From: Nitrosopumilus sp.
GTDB taxonomy: Archaea > Thermoproteota > Nitrososphaeria > Nitrososphaerales > Nitrosopumilaceae
Assembly (NCBI GenBank): GCA_963662625.1
Contig: OY759726.1
Location: 384,001-448,000 of the forward strand
Direction of reading: 5' to 3'
Length of the DNA: 64,000 bases
Positions 40,202 to 49,765 of the stretch are shown here, piece after piece. The notes under the pieces were generated by a model that made no database searches, was not told where the DNA came from, and saw nothing but the letters and a program-made list of their open reading frames with translations. Numbering within the stretch: position 1 is the first letter of the stretch; each line of letters opens with the position of its first letter. A program made the position numbers and the translations under genes.

Positions 40202-40885
40202 TCACCGCGGCCGGCGCGTCCCCGGCCTCATGCGCCGGATGGCAAGCGCCGCCGCGGGCGCGGCCGAGCCCAGGAACGGGGCGGTCCAGTACAGCCAGAG
40301 GCCGTCGTAGATGCCCGTCACCGCCGCCGGCGCCAGCGAGCGGATTGGGTTCATCGACGCGCCGGAGACATGGCCGAAAAAAAACACGTCCAGTGCCACT
40401 ATCCCTCCGACCACCGCACTTACGACCAGCGGGGCGCTCTTGGCGCTGATGGCCAAGAGTATCCCCCCCATCAGGAAGGCGGTCGCGAGGGCCTCGATGC
40501 CGAAGACCGCGGGCAGCGGGTATCCCGGGTCGGGCGCGTTCAGCCCCAGCTTTGCGAAGTTTCCCACCGCGTACCGGACGAACAGGCTCCCAGATATCGC
40601 CCCCGCCGCCTGCGCGGCAAGGTACAGCGGGATGAGCCCGGGCCGGAGGTAGCCGGAGATCGCAAACCCGACGGTCACCGCCGGGTTGAAGTGGGCCATG
40701 GAGTACCTGCCGAATGCCAGGACCAGCACGAACAGGCCGACGAAGTGCACCAGCGCCACGAAGGGGGCGCCCAGGGAGAACCCCACCGAGCCGTCGTACG
40801 CGATGGATCCGGTGGCCGCCACCACCAGCCCGAAGGTGCCGACCATCTCCGCGACGAATATGTTGACCCGCCGTGCGCGCGTCAT
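40202..40885 (-). CDS. aquaporin (MIP family), probably arsenite-related
   Basis: HFNPAVT and ASMNPIRS; coupled to arsC. Confidence 0.9.
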   Translation of the reverse strand: MTRARRVNIFVAEMVGTFGLVVAATGSIAYDGSVGFSLGAPFVALVHFVGLFVLVLAFGRYSMAHFNPAVTVGFAISGYLRPGLIPLYLAAQAAGAISGSLFVRYAVGNFAKLGLNAPDPGYPLPAVFGIEALATAFLMGGILLAISAKSAPLVVSAVVGGIVALDVFFFGHVSGASMNPIRSLAPAAVTGIYDGLWLYWTAPFLGSAAPAAALAIRRMRPGTRRPR

Positions 40886-41286
40886 TGCTTCTCGAGCCGG
40901 GCCGCCAGCTCCACGACCTTGCGCTCTATGGCGTCCCTGATGATCCTGACGTCCCGCAGGGGCTTGCCCTTCGGATCGGGTATTCCCCAGTCCTCGACGC
41001 CGCCGGCGGGGAACGCCGGGCACGACTCGCCGCCCATGCACCCCATGCTGACTGCCTTGGCGGGGGGCAACACGTCCTCGCCCGTCAGGGCCTTCGGCGC
41101 GCCGGACAGCTCTATCCCCACCTCCCTCATCGCCTCCACCACCACGGGGTTCAACCGGGCGGCGGGCATGGTCCCCGCGCTGGACGCCCGGAGCGACCCG
41201 GGCGCGTGCCTCTTGAAGAACGCCTCCGCCATCTGGCTCCTGCCCGCGTTCTCGACGCATATGAAGACCACCTTGGCCCCTTCCAT
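40882..41286 (-). CDS. arsC: arsenate reductase (LMW-PTP type)
   Basis: CVENAGRSQMAE, CP, WGIPDP. Confidence 0.88.
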   Translation of the reverse strand: MEGAKVVFICVENAGRSQMAEAFFKRHAPGSLRASSAGTMPAARLNPVVVEAMREVGIELSGAPKALTGEDVLPPAKAVSMGCMGGESCPAFPAGGVEDWGIPDPKGKPLRDVRIIRDAIERKVVELAARLEKQ

Positions 41287-41293
41287 AAAATTC

Positions 41294-41318
41294 ATATAAA
41301 TCTGGATTTATATAAATC
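41294..41318. promoter_or_regulatory. palindromic operator in the divergent arsC/arsR promoter
   Basis: ATATAAATC-TG-GATTTATAT overlapping the palindrome GATTTATATAAATC. Confidence 0.7.
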
Positions 41319-41327
41319 TAGGTTAAT

Positions 41328-41627
41328 ATGAATGGGGTTACCCTGCTGAGGTGCATCTGCGACGACACCAGGTTCGAGATCCTGGAGCTGCTCGGGAAGA
41401 GGGGGGAGATGTGCGTCGGCGACCTCGTGTCGGCCGTGAGGAAGGGCCAGCCACTGGTGTCGCACCACCTGGGGACCCTGAGGCGGTGCGGGATAGTGAG
41501 GTCGAGGGCTGACGGGAAGAGGATGCTGTACGCGATATCAAGCAGGGAGCTGCGCGACCTGATCAGGGGCGTCACGGCCGCGGGCAGGAAGATCCCCGTC
41601 CTGTGCGACGGCGCGGGCTGCTGCTAG
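41328..41627 (+). CDS. arsR: ArsR/SmtB transcriptional regulator
   Basis: RFEILELL, MCVGDL, QPLVSHHL; C-terminal CC. Confidence 0.88.
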   Translation: MNGVTLLRCICDDTRFEILELLGKRGEMCVGDLVSAVRKGQPLVSHHLGTLRRCGIVRSRADGKRMLYAISSRELRDLIRGVTAAGRKIPVLCDGAGCC

Positions 41628-41639
41628 GGCGGCCGCCCC

Positions 41640-42425
41640 TCAGAACGGCTTGTTGACCTCGCGGGTGAAGACGTAGCCCGCCAGCACCACCATCGCCGCC
41701 ACGAACGCGGCGATTATCCCGACGCTGAGCAGCGCCGGGACGTCGGCCTCGGAGACCCCTGTCATCATCTCCCGCACGAGCAGGACGGTGTAGGTCACCG
41801 GGTTCAGCCTGGCCGCCGCCGCCAGCCAGTCCGGCATCAGCTCCAGCGGGAACAGGGCCGGGCTCAGCATGAACAGCGGCATCCCGAGGAAGTTTATCAC
41901 CCCCCAGAACGTCTCCTGCGACTTCGCGGTGGCCGCGACAACCACGGAGATCCCGGAGAAGCCCAGCGAGAACAGTATGACTATGGCCATGATCGGCGCG
42001 ATCATGAGGGGGTTGGGGAAGCTCACCCCTATGGCCAGGGCGATCCCCAGTATGAGGCTGGCCTGGAGCGCCGCGATCAGTGATATGGCAGACATCTTCC
42101 CGAGCGCGATCGCCGAGCGCGACACGGGCGAGGTCAGCGCCTTGTTCATGAACCCGTAGCGGCGGTCCCAGAGCGTGTTGACGCCGCCGAAGATGCTCGT
42201 GAATATCGCGGTGAGGATTATCACCCCGGGCGCCATGAACTCTATGTACTGGCCGTCGAACCCCACGGACTGGATCAGGGGCTCGGTCCCGGCAAACGTG
42301 TTCCCTATGACGACGATCCATATGGCCGGCTGTATGAGCCTGATCAGGACGCCGCTGCGGGACTTTTTGTACCTCTTCAGCTCGCGCCAGAACACCGTGT
42401 ACGCGTCGTACGCCAGGGCGCTCAT
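41640..42425 (-). CDS. ABC-2 transporter permease
   Basis: FMAPG, DRRYGF, LNPVTY; about 6 TM helices. Confidence 0.9.
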   Translation of the reverse strand: MSALAYDAYTVFWRELKRYKKSRSGVLIRLIQPAIWIVVIGNTFAGTEPLIQSVGFDGQYIEFMAPGVIILTAIFTSIFGGVNTLWDRRYGFMNKALTSPVSRSAIALGKMSAISLIAALQASLILGIALAIGVSFPNPLMIAPIMAIVILFSLGFSGISVVVAATAKSQETFWGVINFLGMPLFMLSPALFPLELMPDWLAAAARLNPVTYTVLLVREMMTGVSEADVPALLSVGIIAAFVAAMVVLAGYVFTREVNKPF

Positions 42426-43441
42426 AGCCGCAGCCTCCTCATCCTTGCGCGCCCGGATCCACGGTCGTAGCCGGCCCCGCCGTCGCGGATCTGGCGTCCC
42501 GTGTACGAGATGAAGACGTCGTCCAGCGTCGGCTGCGTCATCGAGATGGACCTTATCTTGACTCCCATGCGCGAGGAGATCCGGAAGATCTCCGGTATGA
42601 CCTCGGCGCCGTGGGACGCAAACAGGGTCATCCGGCCCGCGTCGTCCGTGGCCTTTGAGATTTGCGGGAGCCGCCCCAGCTCGGACAGGAACTCCCCGCC
42701 GGAGCCGTCCCCCTCGTAGCTCAGGGAGATCACCCCGCCCCCCAGGTCTCTCTTCATTCCATGTGGCGAGCCCATGGCCTGGATCGTCCCGTCGTCGATT
42801 ATCCCGACCCGGTCGCACAGGCGGTCGGCCTCCTCCATGTAGTGGGTGGTGAGGAATATGGACATGTCAAACTCCCCGTGGATACTCCGGATGTACTCCC
42901 AGATCTTCCTCCTGGTCTGGATGTCCAGGCCGACTGTAGGCTCGTCCAGGAACAGGACCTTGGGCCTGTGGAGCAGCCCGCCCGCTATGTCGAGGCGCTT
43001 GCGCATCCCCCCGGAGTACGTCAGCACCGGATCGTTTTGCTTCCCCTCCAGCTCGATCAGCCCCAGCACCTCGTCGATCCGCCCGTCGATCAGGCCGCGC
43101 GGGATGTGGTTCAGCCTGGCCTGCAGGACCAGGTTTTCCCGGCCGGTGAGGTACTCGTCCACGGCGGTGTCCTGCTGGACGTACCCTATGTTCTGCCGCA
43201 CCCGGTCGGGCCTCGCGAGCACGTCGTGGCCGGCTATCAGGGCCATGCCCGACGTGGGCTTGAGCAGCGTGGTGAGCATCATCATCGTGGTGCTCTTGCC
43301 GGCGCCGTTGGGCCCCAGGAAGCCGAAGATCTCGCCGGATTCCACCTCGAATGACACGCCGTCGACTGCCTTCGTCTCCCCGAAGTGCTTTGAGAGCGAC
43401 CTTACCTCTATGGAATGCAACAGCTTGATCGCTTCTGGCAA
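42422..43441 (-). CDS. ABC transporter ATP-binding protein (DrrA-like)
   Basis: GPNGAGKST, YSGGM, LDEPT, TTHYMEEAD. Confidence 0.93.
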   Translation of the reverse strand: MPEAIKLLHSIEVRSLSKHFGETKAVDGVSFEVESGEIFGFLGPNGAGKSTTMMMLTTLLKPTSGMALIAGHDVLARPDRVRQNIGYVQQDTAVDEYLTGRENLVLQARLNHIPRGLIDGRIDEVLGLIELEGKQNDPVLTYSGGMRKRLDIAGGLLHRPKVLFLDEPTVGLDIQTRRKIWEYIRSIHGEFDMSIFLTTHYMEEADRLCDRVGIIDDGTIQAMGSPHGMKRDLGGGVISLSYEGDGSGGEFLSELGRLPQISKATDDAGRMTLFASHGAEVIPEIFRISSRMGVKIRSISMTQPTLDDVFISYTGRQIRDGGAGYDRGSGRARMRRLRL

Positions 43442-43646
43442 TTATAAATTGCTAAGTTTTTCGGGCCGGGCCGGGGGCGCCGGGCGATCCGGGCCCGCGT
43501 GGAAAAACCAATTTAAGGAACGCCGCCGGGCGTGTATGCATGAGGGGGCTTTGCCAGAAGTGCTTTTCTACCAACATGGAGACCTTCATACAGGACGGCA
43601 TCCCAGTCTGCGCCGCGTGCAGGAAGGCAGGGTAGCTCCGGGGGCG

Positions 43647-44099
43647 TTACTCGGACGCCTTGAACTCGTCCCGGGTCATCTTCAGGATGACCTGCTCGCC
43701 GACCCCCCAGATCTCCGACTTTGGGAGCATCCTGGAGTGCATCATGCCGGTGCCCACCTCTATGGACTCGATCTCGTTAGTGGCGTGGTCCCTGTGGATC
43801 CGCTTTAGCGTGCCCAGCTTGTGCTGGTCGATGTCGACCACCGGGATCCCGGTCCTGATGGGGGGCCTGCTGAGCAGCAGGGTCTCGCCGGTAAACTTGT
43901 CGACATAGTCCGTGGGCAGGAAGTAGTCCTTGTGGAACCCCTGGTGCACCGTGACGCCGGAGACCGTGAGCGCGTCCCGGTCGATGTGGACGTGCTTTAC
44001 CCTGCCGTACTCGATCCCCTCCCTGTCTATGACCTTGTTTCCCACAAAATCATCGGCCGCCGTCACGTTTCCGGGCATGCCTTCCAGGCTGGATGACAT
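43647..44099 (-). CDS. PRC-barrel domain protein (tandem)
   Basis: GNKVIDREG.EYGRV and GIPVVDIDQHKLGTL. Confidence 0.8.
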   Translation of the reverse strand: MSSSLEGMPGNVTAADDFVGNKVIDREGIEYGRVKHVHIDRDALTVSGVTVHQGFHKDYFLPTDYVDKFTGETLLLSRPPIRTGIPVVDIDQHKLGTLKRIHRDHATNEIESIEVGTGMMHSRMLPKSEIWGVGEQVILKMTRDEFKASE

Positions 44100-44186
44100 G
44101 TACGATGCTGGAGGGATTCGCTTATCATACCGGGTATCATAATTTGCCACCAATGGGGTTAAATTACTTGACGCGGGACAACGTGC

Positions 44187-44510
44187 ATGGGGGGCGCCGC
44201 GGTGACGTTCAGGGCCACGCTGGGCACGACCGGGAGGAGGACCTCGAGGGCGCACTCCGTTACGCTGCGGGCCGTGAGGTACGGCGGGGAGATATACTTT
44301 TCAAGGCACAGGCCGGACTCCGACTGGTTCAAGAACGCGCTGGCAGACCCCGAGGTCACCGTCCGGTACGGCGGCAGGACGTACGCCGGGAGGGCCGAGG
44401 CGGTGGAGGACGAGGGGCTGAACCGCGAGATATCCCGGCTAAAGTACCCCGGGGAGGCCAGGGCCTCCGAGAGGAGGGTCTCGATAAGGGTCACACTATA
44501 TGGACGATAG
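44187..44510 (+). CDS. deazaflavin-dependent nitroreductase-like (DUF385) protein
   Basis: TTGRRTS and SDWFKNALADPEV. Confidence 0.75.
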   Translation: MGGAAVTFRATLGTTGRRTSRAHSVTLRAVRYGGEIYFSRHRPDSDWFKNALADPEVTVRYGGRTYAGRAEAVEDEGLNREISRLKYPGEARASERRVSIRVTLYGR

Positions 44511-45135
44511 TGCTCAGCCCCCTCCTCTCGACCTCGGTGCCGCCATCGACCTCGCATACGGTGACCGTGAACGAGATGACGTCGCGCTGCCGCGCCTCCT
44601 CGGCGTGCAGCAGGAGGCGGATGTCCATAAAGTCGAACTCCCCGGCGGGCAGGTCGGCCTCGTCCAGGCGCGCGTTGCAGGTGGACTCGATCCTGAACCT
44701 GTTGTCCTTGAAGTGGAAGCCCAGCCGCATCTTCCTCCCCTCCCTTCCGCTGGCCTTGACGTTTACATCGATGGCCCCGGGGCCGGCCTCCGTGTAGCCG
44801 GACTTGCCGTTTACGAACACCCCGACCTCCAGCGGCTTCCCGGCTGTCGACTCTGCCATCTTCTGTATGCCGTCGTTCATCACCACGTCGACTGCCTTGA
44901 TCGTCTGGGCCACCTTGGCGATCCAGTCGTTGGTCCGCCGGATTATGGCCCTTACCCCGGAGCGCCTCCTCCTGTCCTCGTCCTCCGGGAGCTTGTAATA
45001 GTCCACCCACGCCTCGTAGTCGCGGGAGATGTCCCTGATGAAGTCCATGCATGTCCTCTTGTACTCGTTGACGTCGTCGGTCCTCTCCGCGGCGTCGTCG
45101 GTCCGCATGCCGTCGTAGTCCATGGGCATCGCCAT
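44491..45135 (-). CDS. hypothetical protein
   Basis: Globular 214-aa ORF with host-like codon bias. Confidence 0.7.
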   Translation of the reverse strand: MAMPMDYDGMRTDDAAERTDDVNEYKRTCMDFIRDISRDYEAWVDYYKLPEDEDRRRRSGVRAIIRRTNDWIAKVAQTIKAVDVVMNDGIQKMAESTAGKPLEVGVFVNGKSGYTEAGPGAIDVNVKASGREGRKMRLGFHFKDNRFRIESTCNARLDEADLPAGEFDFMDIRLLLHAEEARQRDVISFTVTVCEVDGGTEVERRGLSTIVHIV

Positions 45136-45218
45136 GGGGTGGCTCCGACGCCACGACTAAAAAACCAATCCTGCCGGCGGGGCCAATGGTTATAACCTGA
45201 GCCGTGGCCTGCAATGTC

Positions 45219-45695
45219 ATGATGTTCTCGGAGATGACCCGGGACCTCCAGGATCGGCTGAGGAGCGACCTGGCTCAGATACGCTTCCTGCTGAAGAAGA
45301 ACCCGGCCATGGGCTACTCCAGGATAGTGGAGATCGGCAGGGAGGTGGGCAGGAGGTACGGCGTCAAGCTGGTGGTCAACTTCCCGAAGGAGGGCAGGAT
45401 AGAGGAGTTCGACATGTACGGCAGGAGGGACCTGAGCCTGATCGTGGACTATGACAGGAAGCGGTTCCCGATAGACAGGGGCCTGATCAAGGCCAAGGCC
45501 GTGGAACTGCTCGGGGACGTGCAGGTGTCGGACGCCTACATGTACGAGAACAAGGAGGGGGTGAGGGTGTCTGCGGACGACTGGAAGATAGACATACTGC
45601 CTCACTCCGTCCACGTGTGGACGGAGTTCACCGACGGGGTCACGGAGTTCTGCGACTGGCTGCTGGAAAACGCGTACGGGATGAAGGGCGGGTAG
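45219..45695 (+). CDS. conserved hypothetical protein
   Basis: TTATAA upstream, host-like codon bias. Confidence 0.75.
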   Translation: MMFSEMTRDLQDRLRSDLAQIRFLLKKNPAMGYSRIVEIGREVGRRYGVKLVVNFPKEGRIEEFDMYGRRDLSLIVDYDRKRFPIDRGLIKAKAVELLGDVQVSDAYMYENKEGVRVSADDWKIDILPHSVHVWTEFTDGVTEFCDWLLENAYGMKGG

Positions 45696-45697
45696 GC

Positions 45698-46057
45698 TCA
45701 GGCGTCCTCCAGCCGCTCAAGCAGCCCGTGCGCCTCGTAGTTCTCGGGCTCCAGGTCCAGTATCTTCCTGCAGCAGTCGATCGCCTCGTCCCTCTGCTGC
45801 AGGGCCAGGTGCGCGTTTGTCTTCAGCTTCAGCGCCTCCGCGTCGCCGGGCTCCAGGCGCAGCGACTTTTCAAAGTACGGCAGCGCCTTTTCCGGCTCCT
45901 CCACTATGAAGTAGATGCTGCCCATGATGAACATGAAGTTCGAGTCGTCCGCGTGGTCCTGCTCGATCCTGTGGCCCAGCTCCAGGGCCTCGGCGTACTC
46001 GCCGTCCCTGACCAGCTTTTTCAGGCGGCGCTTTGGATAACTAAAGAGCCCCGTCAT
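45698..46057 (-). CDS. TPR repeat protein
   Basis: ALPYFEKSLRLEP and AIDCCRKILDLEP TPR patterns. Confidence 0.85.
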   Translation of the reverse strand: MTGLFSYPKRRLKKLVRDGEYAEALELGHRIEQDHADDSNFMFIMGSIYFIVEEPEKALPYFEKSLRLEPGDAEALKLKTNAHLALQQRDEAIDCCRKILDLEPENYEAHGLLERLEDA

Positions 46058-46084
46058 CGTCGATCAAAGCGTCATTGCGGGGGC

Positions 46085-47578
46085 TCATCCGAGCCATAAC
46101 GGCGGCGCCCCCGTGGTGCCGGAGTCGTTCTGGCCCGGGATCTTCACGATCCCCTCCTGGATCAGGTACTGGATCCCCTGCACGAACGACGCGTCGTCTA
46201 TCTGGCCCTCCGCCCACCAGCCCGCGTTGGTCTTCACCCACGACGGGATCTGGTTGTTTCCGGCGCCCGTGCTCGGCGCGGTCGGCGGAATGTTCATGAT
46301 CCCCTCCCGGATCAGGTACTGGAGCCCCTGCACGAACGACGCGTCGTCTATCTGGCCCGTAGCCCACCAGCCCGCGTTGTTCTTCACCCACGACGGTATG
46401 CCCTGGCCGCCTGCGGCGGCCGGCGCGGACACCGGGATGTCTATCTGGACGTAGTCGGTCGGATCCGACGGCACTACCCCCTCAGGGGCCAGCCCGTAAA
46501 TCAGAACCACGTAGTGCGCCATCCCGGGTTCCTCGTTTACCACCATGTCCACGATGGCCTGGCCCGACGGGGAGTACAGGTGGTGGCGGCCCTCGTCGTC
46601 GGCGAGCGAGCGTATGGGGTTCAGGTCGTCGTCCACCACCAGCAGGTCGTACTGCACCTGGTTCAGGAACTCGGTGTCGTCGAACTTGCTGATGAACTTG
46701 ATCAGCCACTGCATCTCGCAGCCCTGGACCGGGTACTCCGGGCCGTAGAATACGTGGACCTGGTACTGGAAGTTCTTCGACGGCTTCTTTACGCTGACCT
46801 TCTCAAAGCTCTGCTGGCAGCCCTTTGCAAGCTGCTCGTCGATCGACGGGACGATGTCCACGAAGGGGCTCGTTTTCACGTTTTCCCTGTAGTCCACCAG
46901 CTCAAACCTGTATTCGGGCGGAGGGGTCCCCTCCGAGACGTGCGTGTACGTGTAGGCCTTTATCGGGAATGGGAAGTAGTCAGCCACCCAGACTTGGCTG
47001 GTATAGCCTCCTGTCCTCCAAGAGATTACCACGGTGTCCCACGTCCCGGCCTGGACCGTCACGGTCTCTACGGAAGTCGGGCGAATCTGCTCGCCGCCTA
47101 TGTTTGCGATCTTGCCCCATGATACGTCGCGGAATGCCTTCGGTCCCTTCTTGCTGCCGTCCTCCAGCGCTGTCGCGAAGGCGGACAGCCATACGATCGA
47201 TGACTTGAACGCATTCCTGTAGGTGCCCAGGTTGTCGCTGCCGCCGGTAGGCTCCGGCGCGATCTTGCCCAGCTCCATGTCGCCGACGATCGTCTTGTTC
47301 CCGTCGCGCACGACGACCTCTACGAGCCACTTCTCCTCAGTTCCGACAGTAATCACGCCCTGGATCCAGAAGCTCATGTCGAAGGCGACGCACTCCTTAT
47401 AGTCCACGTGGCACATCCTGTAGGAAAAATAATCGCCCTGCTTGAGCCCCTCGCCCGCGTACCATTCGCCGTCCTTGTCAACGCCGCCTGACTGGTACTG
47501 CGCAAATGCTGCGGGCACCGAGATGGTGACCGCAAGCAGGATCACTGCCAGTGGGATCGCGGCATGCGGGGCATTCAA
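46085..47578 (-). CDS. secreted thaumarchaeal protein with two C-terminal IPxWVKNNAGWW domains
   Basis: Signal peptide; IPSWVKxNAGWWAxGQIDDASFVQGxQYLI twice. Confidence 0.88.
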   Translation of the reverse strand: MNAPHAAIPLAVILLAVTISVPAAFAQYQSGGVDKDGEWYAGEGLKQGDYFSYRMCHVDYKECVAFDMSFWIQGVITVGTEEKWLVEVVVRDGNKTIVGDMELGKIAPEPTGGSDNLGTYRNAFKSSIVWLSAFATALEDGSKKGPKAFRDVSWGKIANIGGEQIRPTSVETVTVQAGTWDTVVISWRTGGYTSQVWVADYFPFPIKAYTYTHVSEGTPPPEYRFELVDYRENVKTSPFVDIVPSIDEQLAKGCQQSFEKVSVKKPSKNFQYQVHVFYGPEYPVQGCEMQWLIKFISKFDDTEFLNQVQYDLLVVDDDLNPIRSLADDEGRHHLYSPSGQAIVDMVVNEEPGMAHYVVLIYGLAPEGVVPSDPTDYVQIDIPVSAPAAAGGQGIPSWVKNNAGWWATGQIDDASFVQGLQYLIREGIMNIPPTAPSTGAGNNQIPSWVKTNAGWWAEGQIDDASFVQGIQYLIQEGIVKIPGQNDSGTTGAPPLWLG

Positions 47579-47766
47579 ATCAAAAAAAATGAACGGTACG
47601 GATAGTTAAACGTTGTTCAGGCGCGGCCTCCCCGGCCAGCCCCCGCCCCCCACGCGCCCGGGCCGCGCTCCCGGGGGTACCGCGGCGGGCCCCCGGCACG
47701 GGGGCCGCGCGGCGGGGGAGACTATTGCGTAGGCAAATATAGAGGAAAAACCACCCGGATCTCAGT

Positions 47767-47937
47767 ATGTGCGAGTGCACCAAGGTCCACCTGTACGAAG
47801 TGGAGTTCAAGCTGGACGGCATGATAGTTGTCCCCACCCACAAGAACTGCGGGTTTGCCTTGGACGAGAAGCAGTCCGAAAAGTTTACCAAGGAACTGGT
47901 AAGGACGTGGGGAATCGAGGAAGAGGACGAGGAGTAG
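47767..47937 (+). CDS. small conserved protein (56 aa)
   Basis: Manual: MCECTKVHLYEVEFKLDGMIVVPTHKNCGFALDEKQSEKFTKELVRTWGIEEEDEE. Confidence 0.75.
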   Translation: MCECTKVHLYEVEFKLDGMIVVPTHKNCGFALDEKQSEKFTKELVRTWGIEEEDEE

Positions 47938-48139
47938 GCAGCCGCGCGCCCTTCCGGCCGCCCGGAACCCGTCCCGTCGCGCGTCATGGAACCGGCGCAA
48001 CGTCCCCCGTACGGCCACGCGCGACCTGAAAAAACGTCCCGTCGCGCGACCCGGCCTTCAGGCACAAAAAGCGGCACCGCGAAGGCAGGCTCGGGCACGG
48101 TCATGCAACAGGCTACAAAAAAAGAAAGAGAGTTATGTG

Positions 48140-48274
48140 TTAATGTTCGGTGTTCTTGCAAACATCCAACCTGCAATCACATGTAGCGTCACAATAACAC
48201 TCACCTTGCATCGTGCAGTCACATTCAGTGTTATTTTCTGCCTGTGCCGCACAACCGCATGCTGCGTCTGACAT
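48140..48274 (-). CDS. Cys-rich metallothionein-like microprotein (44 aa)
   Basis: Manual: MSDAACGCAAQAENNTECDCTMQGECYCDATCDCRLDVCKNTEH; TTTTAAAA box upstream, oligo-T tract downstream. Confidence 0.7.
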   Translation of the reverse strand: MSDAACGCAAQAENNTECDCTMQGECYCDATCDCRLDVCKNTEH

Positions 48275-48425
48275 AGTATAATATTATCACTACTTGTTTT
48301 AAAAGTTTGGTACAAAAACGCGCGTTCCCCCGGGCCCCGGGTTTGGGCCCGATCTTGGCCGCCCGGGGCCCGCGGGCCGGCCATCCGGGGGCCCTGCCGG
48401 CACCTCCCCCGGGCCCCCGCGGCGA

Positions 48426-49310
48426 TCACCCGCGCGGCGCCAGGCCTAGGATCTCGTGGCACGCGTCCCGCGTGCGCCGGGCGTGCTGGGAGACCAGCAC
48501 CGGGTCCGCCTCCAGGTCAAAGGCCGTCTTCAGGACGTGGATCAGATCGGGCCGCCGCGGGAGGGAGGCCTTCATCCTGAGGAAGTTGTCCCGGTTCACG
48601 CACCCCAGGTAGAAGTAGCAGTCGGAGAACATGGAGTTTTCCACAAAATAACCGTGCTTGCGCCCGATGGCCCCCGGGTGGCCGTTGCCCTCTGCCATGT
48701 CAGAAAAGCCGATGGTGGACTTGAGCATCCTCTCCAGCAGCGGGGGGGAGGCCCTCTCTATCCCCAGCGTCTGGGCAACCACGGACATCTTCCCGTTGAT
48801 GGCGTTTTTTTCAAACCTGCGCGCGATCTCCAGCGCGTGGGAGGGGCTCGGGGGCCTCTGGTTGAGCGCGAGTATCGCGTCTGCCAGCATGTGGGAGGCG
48901 CATTTTTGCCAGCACGCGGAGAACGCCCCGGATTCCCGCGGCCCGCGCAGGCATTTTTCGCAGCAGAGCAGGGATCCCACGAGGCAGTTCCTGGCATAGT
49001 CCCGGAACAGCGCGGAGCGCCTCTGCCTGAGCCCTGACAGGAGCATCCCCAGGTCCCACGAGCCGTCCAGTACGATCCGCATGCCGTCCAGGTGCACCAG
49101 CGAGTCGGTGCGGGTCGCGTCTATGGGGCAGTGGTGCAGGTTGACGAACTGGCCCTCGTGGGGGAGGAACCGGTTGCCCTGCCGCCCGCCGTCGAACACG
49201 ACCACGTCGTGATCGCACGAGTCGAACTGGTCCCCGTGCGCCCTGCACCCGCCTAGGCCGGCGGGGTGGCCTTGCAGGCCGCGGTCGGCCAGGAATTTTT
49301 CCAGGTCCAT
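48426..49310 (-). CDS. hypothetical protein (nucleotidyltransferase-like N-terminus)
   Basis: GGCRA...SCDHDVVV resembles the GS...DxD motif. Confidence 0.7.
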   Translation of the reverse strand: MDLEKFLADRGLQGHPAGLGGCRAHGDQFDSCDHDVVVFDGGRQGNRFLPHEGQFVNLHHCPIDATRTDSLVHLDGMRIVLDGSWDLGMLLSGLRQRRSALFRDYARNCLVGSLLCCEKCLRGPRESGAFSACWQKCASHMLADAILALNQRPPSPSHALEIARRFEKNAINGKMSVVAQTLGIERASPPLLERMLKSTIGFSDMAEGNGHPGAIGRKHGYFVENSMFSDCYFYLGCVNRDNFLRMKASLPRRPDLIHVLKTAFDLEADPVLVSQHARRTRDACHEILGLAPRG

Positions 49311-49407
49311 ACGGGATCCTCAGGCCGGTTTTTTGTATAAACCGTCCAACCGACAATTGTTTACAAGGCAGTTCCTTTAAATTGAGACCGGGGCTGTTTT
49401 TCATCAA

Positions 49408-49483
49408 GCTCCTGTGGTGTAGTCCGGCTAAGCATACTGCCCTCTCAAGGCAGTGATCTCGGGTTCAAATCCCGACGGGAGCA
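49408..49483 (+). tRNA. tRNA-Glu(CTC)
   Basis: GCTCCTG/CGGGAGC acceptor, CTGCC-CTCTCAA-GGCAG anticodon arm, GGTTCAAATCC. Confidence 0.93.
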
Positions 49484-49765
49484 CTACCATCTGTTCGGCG
49501 GGCCCGCACCCCCGCCAGGCACCCGCAACGGGAAGCCCCCCGCCATCGCGTCCCCGGGCAGGAAGGCCGCACGGGCGATCGTGGAAGGCATGGCCGGGGA
49601 CTGCCGGGGCGGGACGCCCGTGCCGCCGGAATGGCGCGCCGCCGGATCCCGTGTCTGCGCCGTGGCCCGGCCCGCAGGGGGCGCGCGGGGCGCCCACGCC
49701 TTACGGGATCCTCCCCGGCGGGAGGGTGTCGTTTCCTTAAATACGAAGGCCACGACTGCAATCCA

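Noticed and set aside
46133-46396. Near-identical ~90-bp direct repeats as a mobile or CRISPR-like feature
   Set aside because: In-frame duplication of the common thaumarchaeal IPxWVKNNAGWW C-terminal domain.
47970-48048. 14-bp direct repeat CGTCCCGTCGCGCG with period 65
   Set aside because: Too short and GC-rich to count as another repeat-spacer-repeat event without statistics.
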